This document shows, one piece after another, positions 54,392 to 62,303 of a DNA stretch of 63,112 nt. Position numbers and translations under genes: made by a program. The stretch is taken from positions 1 to 63,112 of the IMG/VR virus record IMGVR_UViG_3300044988_000895; one strand, given 5' to 3'. Every line of letters starts with the position of its first letter. The stretch's first letter is position 1. The notes under the pieces are model-generated. The model was not told the origin of the DNA and made no database searches. It was given only the letters and a program-made list of their open reading frames with translations. This stretch comes from a virus. Taxonomy: Duplodnaviria; Caudoviricetes.

Positions 54392-54838
54392 ATGTATTAT
54401 AAAAATCAAAACAAAAAATTGTCAGAAAAAGAGTGGATGGAAAGCGTCATAAGTCAAATGGGATTTAAAACCAAAAGAATAGACGAACAACAACCAGCAC
54501 CTGCACCTGCTCAACAACCAGCAGCACCTGCACCTGCAGCAGCACCAAGTAAAACAATGACAGATTTTTTCACAACAATAAACAGTATGTCTCAAATGTT
54601 GGGCGGAAAAACCGCTATGCCAACAGATCCAAAACAAGCACAAGCATTTAATGCTAATCTTGCAAGTTTAGGAAAATTGTTTCCAGCCCTACAAGCAGAA
54701 ATGCAAAAAGCTCAAAAAGCACAAGCACAACAACCAGCAGCACCACAAGCTCAAGCACAACAACCTCAAAAAGCACAAGCACAACAACCAGCAGCACAAC
54801 AGCCTCAACAAGCTCAAGCTCAACAACCACAACGATAA
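54392..54838 (+). CDS. Gln/Ala/Pro low-complexity protein
   Basis: QAQQP repeats; AAGGA SD. Confidence 0.75.
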   Translation: MYYKNQNKKLSEKEWMESVISQMGFKTKRIDEQQPAPAPAQQPAAPAPAAAPSKTMTDFFTTINSMSQMLGGKTAMPTDPKQAQAFNANLASLGKLFPALQAEMQKAQKAQAQQPAAPQAQAQQPQKAQAQQPAAQQPQQAQAQQPQR

Positions 54839-54865
54839 TAAATATAGTTTTTTATAAGAGGTGTT

Positions 54866-55042
54866 ATGTTTTACGAAGATCAAAAAAAAATCAGTGACCA
54901 GAATTGGCTCAACAGTCTAAAAAGACAAATGGGATTAAAAGAATATTCTGATGAACCAGAAAAAAAAGTAGAAAAAAAACCAATAAATGAAAATCTACCA
55001 AAACAAGAACCAGCAAAGAAAAAATCCATATACGATTGGTAG
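54866..55042 (+). CDS. 58-aa paralogue of the upstream gene's N-terminus
   Basis: Below ORF-track cutoff; GAGGTG SD; MFYEDQKKISDQNWLNSLKRQMGLKE. Confidence 0.7.
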   Translation: MFYEDQKKISDQNWLNSLKRQMGLKEYSDEPEKKVEKKPINENLPKQEPAKKKSIYDW

Positions 55043-55066
55043 AAAATTTATTTACCAACTAAAAAA

Positions 55067-55264
55067 TCAAATAGGTTTGACATATCTAATTTCAGCTATG
55101 CCATTAAATTTAATTTCTGCTTCTGTTGCTACTCTAACAGCATCATCTTTACTTTCATAAAGACCAAAATAATTTAGTTTATCATTTATCCACACTCTTA
55201 CATCCCACCTGTGGTATTTATTTTTATGAACATAACTAAGCCAATTTGAGTAATTATTTTTCAT
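55067..55264 (-). CDS. Stand-alone AP2-like DNA-binding protein
   Basis: RWDVRVWINDKLNYFGLYESKDDAVRVA; ATGA overlap with HNH gene. Confidence 0.7.
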   Translation of the reverse strand: MKNNYSNWLSYVHKNKYHRWDVRVWINDKLNYFGLYESKDDAVRVATEAEIKFNGIAEIRYVKPI

Positions 55265-55824
55265 TCATCTCTCCCAAATTCACCATGAAGTTTCTTTCGT
55301 GCAGCTATAGCCACCTTAATTGCATCTTCTTTGTTGTCAAAATAACCAAAAGAATAAGATTTATTATCTTTGTAAATTCTTACTACCCATTTGCCAACTC
55401 TTTTATTCCAATAGACTCCTTTATGTCCAGATGTGTTGTTTTTTTGTATTTTACGATTTCGTTGATTTTGATCAGGCGTTGTTTCTCTGATGTTATCGAT
55501 ACTGTTATTTAATGAATTTACATCTTCATGATCTACTTGTTTGCCTTCTGTCAAATAGCCATTATGTAAAAGAAATATAACTCTACTACATGTAACAAAA
55601 TAAGGTTTTCCATTATAGGTAATATTAATCATCCATCTTCTATATCCATCTTTAGCATGAGTGTGTATATAACCAGCACTCTTATTGGCAAATCTGGTGT
55701 TCCATCGCAAATTTTTTCTAGGAAGCCAAATTAAGCCAGATGTACTAGATGAACTAGTGGAATCTATCTTCAAAATAGATCGAATGTATTTTAATGGAAT
55801 ACCTTGTATAGAATTTCGTTTCAT
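55261..55824 (-). CDS. HNH-AP2 homing endonuclease-like protein (array copy D)
   Basis: VDHEDVNSLNNSIDNIR; NNTSGHKGVYW...KW...FGYF...HGEF. Confidence 0.9.
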   Translation of the reverse strand: MKRNSIQGIPLKYIRSILKIDSTSSSSTSGLIWLPRKNLRWNTRFANKSAGYIHTHAKDGYRRWMINITYNGKPYFVTCSRVIFLLHNGYLTEGKQVDHEDVNSLNNSIDNIRETTPDQNQRNRKIQKNNTSGHKGVYWNKRVGKWVVRIYKDNKSYSFGYFDNKEDAIKVAIAARKKLHGEFGRDE

Positions 55825-56384
55825 TTATCTCTCCCAAATTCGCCATGATATTTCTTTCTAGCTTCTTCAATGGCTTTTTTGGCATTTTCTTTTTCTGATT
55901 TCAAAAAATAACCAATATGTATTTTTTTGTAATTTACATACAATTTAGCTTCCCATTTTTGTCTTTTTTCATCCCAAGAAAGACCTTTTGTTCCAGAAGT
56001 GTTGTTTTTCCTCAACTTGCTATTTTGAGAATTTTGTGATTGGGTTGCTTCTCTTAAATTTTCGATTGAATTGTCTAATGATTTATTAGTGGCATGATCC
56101 ACCACTTTATCATCTGTCAAATAACCATTATGTAAAAGGAAAACAACTCTGCTGCATTTTATGTCGTGCTTTTTATCGTTATAGCGAATTGTGCATTTCC
56201 AGCTTTCGTAACCACGATTATCTGTATATAGATATCCAGCATGCTTGTTGGCATGTTTGGTGTTCCATGATTTTGTTCCATCTTCTCTTGGAAGCCATGT
56301 CAATTCAGAAGGAGAAGTTAGATCTATCTTCAATATAGATTGAATATACTCCAAAGGTATGCCTTGTATAGAAGTTAGTTTCAT
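55821..56384 (-). CDS. HNH-AP2 homing endonuclease-like protein (array copy C)
   Basis: VDHATNKSLDNSIENLR; NNTSGTKG...HGEF. Confidence 0.9.
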   Translation of the reverse strand: MKLTSIQGIPLEYIQSILKIDLTSPSELTWLPREDGTKSWNTKHANKHAGYLYTDNRGYESWKCTIRYNDKKHDIKCSRVVFLLHNGYLTDDKVVDHATNKSLDNSIENLREATQSQNSQNSKLRKNNTSGTKGLSWDEKRQKWEAKLYVNYKKIHIGYFLKSEKENAKKAIEEARKKYHGEFGRDK

Positions 56385-56944
56385 TTATCTCTCCCAAATT
56401 CACCATGAAGTTTTTTTCTAGCTTCTATAGCTACCTTGATTGCATCTTCTTTATTCACATAAAGACCAAAGTAATATGATTTACCAAATGCAGATATTTG
56501 TACTCTCCATTTTCTGCTATTTTTATCCCAAAAAACATCTTTGTGTCCAGAAGTGTTATTTTTTGGAATTTTGCTGTTCTGATTATTTTGGTCTTTGGTT
56601 ACTTCTCTTAAATTATCAACATTGTTGTTTAAAGAATTGCCATCAGCATGATCAATATCTTTTCCTTCGGTTAGATATTTATTATGTAAAAGAAATACAA
56701 TTCTACTGCATCGTAAGTCATATTTTTTCCCATTATAGGAAATACTTACTACCCATCTTTGATATCCCTTTTTTTTGTTGGTGTGCTTATAGCCAGCCAT
56801 TTTATTTGCATAATATAAATTGAATCTTCCACATTCTCTTGGAAGCCAAATTAAGCCAGATGTACTAGATGAACTAGTGGAATCTATCTTCAATATAGAT
56901 TGAATATACTCTAAAGGTATACCTTGTATGGAAGTTAGTTTCAT
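56381..56944 (-). CDS. HNH-AP2 homing endonuclease-like protein (array copy B)
   Basis: IDHADGNSLNNNVDNLR; NNTSGHK...HGEF. Confidence 0.9.
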   Translation of the reverse strand: MKLTSIQGIPLEYIQSILKIDSTSSSSTSGLIWLPRECGRFNLYYANKMAGYKHTNKKKGYQRWVVSISYNGKKYDLRCSRIVFLLHNKYLTEGKDIDHADGNSLNNNVDNLREVTKDQNNQNSKIPKNNTSGHKDVFWDKNSRKWRVQISAFGKSYYFGLYVNKEDAIKVAIEARKKLHGEFGRDK

Positions 56945-57477
56945 TCATCTCTCCCAAATTCACCATGAAGTTTCTTTCGTGCAGCAATAGCCACCTCGAT
57001 TGCATCTTCTAGTTTTTCATGAAGACCAAAATTTTGTAATTTTCCATTCAGTCGTATTCTCACTTCCCATTTCCCGCTTGCTTTATGCCAAAAAATTCCT
57101 TTATGACCAGAAGTGTTATTTTTTGGCACTTTGCTGTTGTGCATGTTTTCGGAATGCGAAGATTCCCTGAGATTTTCAGAATTGTTGTTCAATGAATCAC
57201 CATCAGCATGATCTACTTCCTTGTCTGGATCTAACTCTTTTTCTTTTAACAGCAATACAATGCGATGAACTATTAGGTCATGTCTTTTGCCGTTATAAGG
57301 CACTTTCATGACCCAATATTTCTTTCCAGTCAGAACTCCCTTTTCCTTATAAGCCTTCAAAGTGCCAGCAACTCCAGATTTTTTTATCCAAGTCAATCCA
57401 GATGGACTAGTAGAATTTATTTTTAATATAGATTGAATATAGGATAGAGGAATGCCTTGTATGGAAGGGAGTTTCAT
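56941..57477 (-). CDS. HNH-AP2 homing endonuclease-like protein (array copy A)
   Basis: VHRIV, VDHADGDSLNNNSENLR; NNTSGHKG...HGEF. Confidence 0.9.
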   Translation of the reverse strand: MKLPSIQGIPLSYIQSILKINSTSPSGLTWIKKSGVAGTLKAYKEKGVLTGKKYWVMKVPYNGKRHDLIVHRIVLLLKEKELDPDKEVDHADGDSLNNNSENLRESSHSENMHNSKVPKNNTSGHKGIFWHKASGKWEVRIRLNGKLQNFGLHEKLEDAIEVAIAARKKLHGEFGRDE

Positions 57478-58166
57478 GATTTCATCTTCAATATATCTTT
57501 TATCATTTTAGCAATAATTTTTTTTTCAATTTTTATTTTTGGCAAGTGTTCTCCTTCTAATTCAGCACCATTTTCAGAATATTCAACATTCTGATCAAAT
57601 TCACAAGAAAACAATACTAAATTTTTTAAGTCATCTATTTGATAACTCCAAAATACAATATCTTTTATTTTTTTTGAATCTTTTTTGTAAATATCAGGAT
57701 CTGCTTCGTCACTAAAGTGTTCTTTACATGACTTTACTATAAGTTCTCTAGTGCGGAAAGTGTATTCTTTGTCATTTCCAAAGCGGTCTTCATCAGCTTC
57801 TGTTTCAATATCTATAATTACATTAGTGTTGATTGTTTCGAACAAAGCATCAATTGTAGCCTCCATCCATAGAGATGGATTTGGAGCTTCATTTTTATCG
57901 TTGAATAAATGACTCAAAACATAATGCATTGAATAGATTTTTTCGAATGGAGATAATTTTTCAAAGACATAGTTCAAAGGAGGGTTGATTCGAACATCTT
58001 CCTTTAAGGTTTCAACAATTTCATTTATGCATTCGGGTTTTCGAAGATCAACATCTTGTGGCGATTCTAATGATGTCATATCATCGATCATAAAATGTGC
58101 AGCATCAACAAGCAAGTTCTTTAAAGGTCCGGTGATTACTTTTTGACCATTATTACATGTCCACAT
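57474..58166 (-). CDS. Acidic hypothetical protein
   Basis: Likely ATG 58166; ATGA overlap into HNH array. Confidence 0.7.
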   Translation of the reverse strand: MWTCNNGQKVITGPLKNLLVDAAHFMIDDMTSLESPQDVDLRKPECINEIVETLKEDVRINPPLNYVFEKLSPFEKIYSMHYVLSHLFNDKNEAPNPSLWMEATIDALFETINTNVIIDIETEADEDRFGNDKEYTFRTRELIVKSCKEHFSDEADPDIYKKDSKKIKDIVFWSYQIDDLKNLVLFSCEFDQNVEYSENGAELEGEHLPKIKIEKKIIAKMIKDILKMKS

Positions 58167-58356
58167 AGCAAAATATTCTTTCTTTTGTAAAATCGCATTG
58201 GGCAGCAACAACACATTGCTTCTTCAGAATTCCCACCTAATAGTCATTCTTCATCCCAATGCGATGAGTGAAAATAACAAACTTGAAAATTATTGTCAAC
58301 ACATCTTGCATGATAAAAAAAAATATGTTTCACTACCATTAGAAAGGAATTTTAAA

Positions 58357-58632
58357 ATGATATACTTGTACTCTGGCTTTAGCTTGCTAATTGGACTTTA
58401 CTCCTTACCACTCATGATTGATGTGATAAAATCAAAACATGAGATATCACACCTAAGCACAATAAAGAAATTTCTCTATTTCTTATCGTGCTTCCTTTTC
58501 TTGACATTCCCATTCGTAAACTTCGCAGCTTTCTTCGAAGGAATATCACTGCAATCATCATACTTGTCTTATGTCTCAGGAATCTATGGAATAATCTTCA
58601 TAAGCTTTTATTTCATCGATCTTGAAAAATAA
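58357..58632 (+). CDS. Small three-pass membrane protein
   Basis: ATG 58357 with AAGGA SD; three hydrophobic segments. Confidence 0.6.
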   Translation: MIYLYSGFSLLIGLYSLPLMIDVIKSKHEISHLSTIKKFLYFLSCFLFLTFPFVNFAAFFEGISLQSSYLSYVSGIYGIIFISFYFIDLEK

Positions 58633-58635
58633 ACT

Positions 58636-59160
58636 ATGACAATAAAACTCGGAACTCTTTCTGTCATAAATCAAGACTGTATCGTGTATTTTCCAAACGC
58701 ACAAATAACTGTTGGAAATTACTCTGGAGTCGCACGAAGAGTTACCTTTCTTTGCGGTGGTCCTATTGACCATGCATCAATACATAACCCAACTGTAAGT
58801 AACTTCCGTTTCAAATCACATTACCCAAATTCAAATTACCCAACAGGAAGAGATAAAGGTCCAATCGAAATCGGATCTGATTGTTGGATCGGTACAGAAG
58901 CAATGATATTTGGCGGTACTACTATTGGTCACGGATCTATTGTCGGTGCTAGAGCAGTTGTCACGAAAGATGTTCCTCCATTCGCCATTGTCGCTGGTAA
59001 CCCCGCCAAAATCATCAGGTACAGATTCGAAAAAAATGTCATAGATCAATTAATGGAAATACAATGGTGGAATTGGACTAAAGAAAAAGTTGAACAAAAT
59101 ATAGACCTACTTGCAGATATAAAAAAATTCTTGGAAATACATTATAAAAATGCAAATTAG
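58636..59160 (+). CDS. CatB/Vat-like hexapeptide-repeat O-acetyltransferase
   Basis: IGSDCWIG, IGHGSIVGARAVVTKDVPPFAIVAGNPAKIIRYRF, WWNW. Confidence 0.88.
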   Translation: MTIKLGTLSVINQDCIVYFPNAQITVGNYSGVARRVTFLCGGPIDHASIHNPTVSNFRFKSHYPNSNYPTGRDKGPIEIGSDCWIGTEAMIFGGTTIGHGSIVGARAVVTKDVPPFAIVAGNPAKIIRYRFEKNVIDQLMEIQWWNWTKEKVEQNIDLLADIKKFLEIHYKNAN

Positions 59161-59241
59161 CTCCCCTACTATTAACTTTTAACTCCACTATACACGATTT
59201 TTTTAAGACTAACAAATTCCCTAAATGGACTGTTTTACTAA

Positions 59242-60012
59242 TCACTCCGATAATCTCTTATTGATTATCTCAAGATAGGTTGGTTCTTTTTCTATAAGAA
59301 TATAATTGCGATTTAATTCCTTTGCCACTTTACCTACCGTTCCACTTCCTGCAAAGGGATCAAGAATTGTATCACCTTCATTACTCCAACTGATAATATG
59401 ATCGTGAACTAACTTTTCTGGAAATGGAGAATTATGCTTTCCTGTATTAGCACCAGTCTTTGTCGGCATAAACCAAATGTTGTAAAGATATTTAGTGTCT
59501 TTGACAACAACACCATCATCTCTTTTTCTCATCGAAAAATTCCACTCAAATTGTTTTTCTGATTTGTGATTATTGCTGTTGCCAGCAGTCTTTGTCGGAA
59601 CCCTTATAGGATTGAAAGTCTTTGGTCTTCCTTTAGAGAAAACAAACATATACTCAAATTGCTGCTCGTATCTATTGTGATTTAATGGAATTGGATTCTG
59701 CTTCGCATATATCATCGTATCATGTAAAAGGAATCCTACTTCTTTAAAATATAATGCTTGCTTAAATGATGTTCCTGTCTCACTACCTTTAATTGATGAA
59801 TCGCCAACTACCCAAACTACTACACCACCATCCTTCATTATCCTAAATAATATATCAATTGCACCCTTCCAAACATGCTCACCCCAATCTAAACTACCAT
59901 TATATGACCTCAAATTGTCGTAAGGAGGAGAAGTCAAAACCATATCAATACTCTTGTCAGATATCCTTGTCATAACATCCAAACAATCACCAATTATCAC
60001 TTCATTATTCAT
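59242..60012 (-). CDS. Beta-class DNA amino-methyltransferase (m4C/m6A)
   Basis: TSPPY before DPFAGSGT. Confidence 0.92.
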   Translation of the reverse strand: MNNEVIIGDCLDVMTRISDKSIDMVLTSPPYDNLRSYNGSLDWGEHVWKGAIDILFRIMKDGGVVVWVVGDSSIKGSETGTSFKQALYFKEVGFLLHDTMIYAKQNPIPLNHNRYEQQFEYMFVFSKGRPKTFNPIRVPTKTAGNSNNHKSEKQFEWNFSMRKRDDGVVVKDTKYLYNIWFMPTKTGANTGKHNSPFPEKLVHDHIISWSNEGDTILDPFAGSGTVGKVAKELNRNYILIEKEPTYLEIINKRLSE

Positions 60013-60362
60013 ATCAAAACCTTTTTGCCGTTTGTTTTTATTGTCTCGTAATGCCGACCATCTATATTACTGCCATCTTCATCAAACCAATGTGGCTTTA
60101 CTTTTGGATTGTAAAATATACACTTGCCACTCATCTCTGTCACTGGCTCTATCTTTACATAGTCACACTTTATCCAAGAACATACCGTCTTATTGCCACC
60201 TTCGTAAATAGCCTTGGCTGTCTTTTCTCTATTACACAATACACAATTATATAAAGTCAAATTCACATATCGTGGATCAAAATAACTTTTCCTGCCACCG
60301 TTTTCAGTTACTTGCCATTTCATAAAGTTTTGACCTTTAGCCAAATGAAATCTTACCTTCAT
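60009..60362 (-). CDS. Hypothetical phage protein
   Basis: 117 aa, GAGG SD, ATGA overlap with MTase. Confidence 0.7.
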   Translation of the reverse strand: MKVRFHLAKGQNFMKWQVTENGGRKSYFDPRYVNLTLYNCVLCNREKTAKAIYEGGNKTVCSWIKCDYVKIEPVTEMSGKCIFYNPKVKPHWFDEDGSNIDGRHYETIKTNGKKVLI

Positions 60363-60426
60363 GTTAAACCCTCAATAAATGAATATTACTATTTACAAAT
60401 TAAACAATAAAAATTATCATACAAAA

Positions 60427-60470
60427 AATCAAGAGGAATACTTATGTCAATCAAGAGGAATACTTATGTC
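60427..60470 (+). repeat. Perfect 22-bp tandem duplication of SD + start codon
   Basis: aatcaagaggaatacttatgtc x2. Confidence 0.95.
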
Positions 60471-61323
60471 AATATTGCATGGATGTTGTATCGAAATACT
60501 CAAAACATTAGAAGAAAAATCTGTTCACTCTTGCGTAACTAGCCCACCTTACTTCGGTCTCAGAGATTATGGAGTAAAAGGACAGATTGGACTCGAAATA
60601 ACTCCAGAAGAATATGTAAGCAAAATATTAGAAGTATTCTCCGAAGTCAAAAGAGTTCTTCGTGATGATGGCACACTTTGGCTCAACCTTGGTGACTCCT
60701 ATGCTCAAAATCAATCAGCAGGAGATAGAGTCACAAAATATTCTCCAAAACAAAAAACAAGCAAAGGAACATATTCATCGGAAGTAAAATGTCCTGTTGG
60801 ATATAAAGTTAAAGACCTAATTGGAATTCCGTGGATGGTTGCCTTTGCACTTCGTTCAGATGGATGGTATCTGCGTCAAGATATCATTTGGCACAAACCA
60901 AATCCAATGCCAGAAAGCGTTACAGATCGTTGTACCAAATCACATGAATATATCTTCCTTCTATCCAAATCCCCTAAATATCACTTCGACCATGAAGCCA
61001 TAAAAGAAAAAGGCGTTATGTCAAAAGGTGATTCTGCCGAACTGGAAGAAAAAGGATATAACACTCGCAACAAAAGATCTGTATGGATTGTTAACACCAA
61101 ACCTTTTAAAGAAGCTCATTTCGCTACATTCCCCATAGATCTCATAGAACCTTGTATTCTTGCAAGCTGTCCAGAAAATGGAACTGTACTCGATCCATTC
61201 TTCGGTGCTGGTACTACTGGCATCGTTTGTATTAAAAATAAAAGAAATTACATTGGTATTGAACTAAACCAAGATTATATCGATATAGCTAAAAAAAGAA
61301 TAAGTGATTTCACTACTATTTAA
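60466..61323 (+). CDS. Beta-class DNA amino-methyltransferase, tandem paralogue 1
   Basis: TSPPYFGLRDY, WHKPNPMPESV, DPFFGAGT; start at 60466 by SD and alignment to paralogue. Confidence 0.92.
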   Translation: MSILHGCCIEILKTLEEKSVHSCVTSPPYFGLRDYGVKGQIGLEITPEEYVSKILEVFSEVKRVLRDDGTLWLNLGDSYAQNQSAGDRVTKYSPKQKTSKGTYSSEVKCPVGYKVKDLIGIPWMVAFALRSDGWYLRQDIIWHKPNPMPESVTDRCTKSHEYIFLLSKSPKYHFDHEAIKEKGVMSKGDSAELEEKGYNTRNKRSVWIVNTKPFKEAHFATFPIDLIEPCILASCPENGTVLDPFFGAGTTGIVCIKNKRNYIGIELNQDYIDIAKKRISDFTTI

Positions 61324-61362
61324 CACTTCATAAAGTTTTGACCTTTAGACAAAAGGAATATT

Positions 61363-62277
61363 ATGTCAATATTGCATGGATGTTGTATCGAAATACTCAA
61401 AACATTAGAAGAAAAATCTATCCACTCTTGCGTAACTAGCCCACCTTACTTCGGTCTCAGAGATTATGGCACAAAAGGACAGATTGGACTCGAAACAACT
61501 CCAGAAGAATATATAAGTAAAATCTTAGCGGTATTCTCCCAAGTCAAAAGAGTCCTTCGTGATGATGGCACACTTTGGCTCAATCTTGGCGACTCCTATT
61601 GGAATAATTTTGGTGGTGGTTCCTCTACCATGACCACTGGTAACTCCCAAGCAGTCAAAACCAGAGGAAGATCAAATAAACCTAAACACTCCTATCTGAA
61701 AATAAAAGACCTTATAGGCATACCTTGGCTCGTTGCTTTAGCTCTCCAAAAAGATGGCTGGTATCTAAGACAGGACATCATTTGGCATAAACCCAATAGC
61801 CTTCCAGAAAGCGTAACTGATAGATGCTCTAAATCACACGAATATATCTTCCTTCTATCCAAATCCCCTAAATACTACTTCGATAATAAATCAATCAAAG
61901 TTCCTATGTCCGCCAATAGCACACCTTCTAAGTCTGTTCGTGGCAAAAACCCATCTAGTAATGCACCTATAGGTCAACCTAATCAACTAGGAAGCGGTAG
62001 CCGTGGATGTGATGATGGTCTGGTAAACAAAAGATCTGTATGGACTGTTACTACCAAGCCCTTTAAAGAAGCTCATTTTGCTACATTCCCTATAGATCTA
62101 ATAGAACCTTGTATTCTTGCAGGTTGTCCAGAAAACGGAACTGTACTCGATCCATTCTTCGGTGCTGGTACTACTGGCATTGTTTGTATTAAAAATAAAA
62201 GAAATTATCTTGGCATAGAATTAAACCAAGATTATATAAATATCGCTAAAAAAAGAATAAGTGATTTCACTACATAA
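61363..62277 (+). CDS. Beta-class DNA amino-methyltransferase, tandem paralogue 2
   Basis: TSPPYFGLRDY, DPFFGAGT; near-identical termini to paralogue 1. Confidence 0.92.
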   Translation: MSILHGCCIEILKTLEEKSIHSCVTSPPYFGLRDYGTKGQIGLETTPEEYISKILAVFSQVKRVLRDDGTLWLNLGDSYWNNFGGGSSTMTTGNSQAVKTRGRSNKPKHSYLKIKDLIGIPWLVALALQKDGWYLRQDIIWHKPNSLPESVTDRCSKSHEYIFLLSKSPKYYFDNKSIKVPMSANSTPSKSVRGKNPSSNAPIGQPNQLGSGSRGCDDGLVNKRSVWTVTTKPFKEAHFATFPIDLIEPCILAGCPENGTVLDPFFGAGTTGIVCIKNKRNYLGIELNQDYINIAKKRISDFTT

Positions 62278-62303
62278 TTTAAATGTAATCAATAAGGAAT
62301 ATC

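Noticed and set aside
55067-57477. Group I intron or intein hosting the HNH genes
   Set aside because: Genes abut by ATGA overlaps with no room for intron core structure, and no interrupted host gene is evident
58636-59160. Chloramphenicol/streptogramin resistance gene
   Set aside because: Hexapeptide family is broad; context favours sugar O-acetylation and specificity cannot be read from motifs
60379-60465. 29-aa N-terminal extension of MTase paralogue 1
   Set aside because: No SD at 60379, spans the 22-bp duplication, and paralogue 2 starts at the equivalent of 60466
19770-62277. Diversity-generating retroelement template/variable repeats
   Set aside because: No reverse transcriptase in window; repeat differences are not adenine-specific
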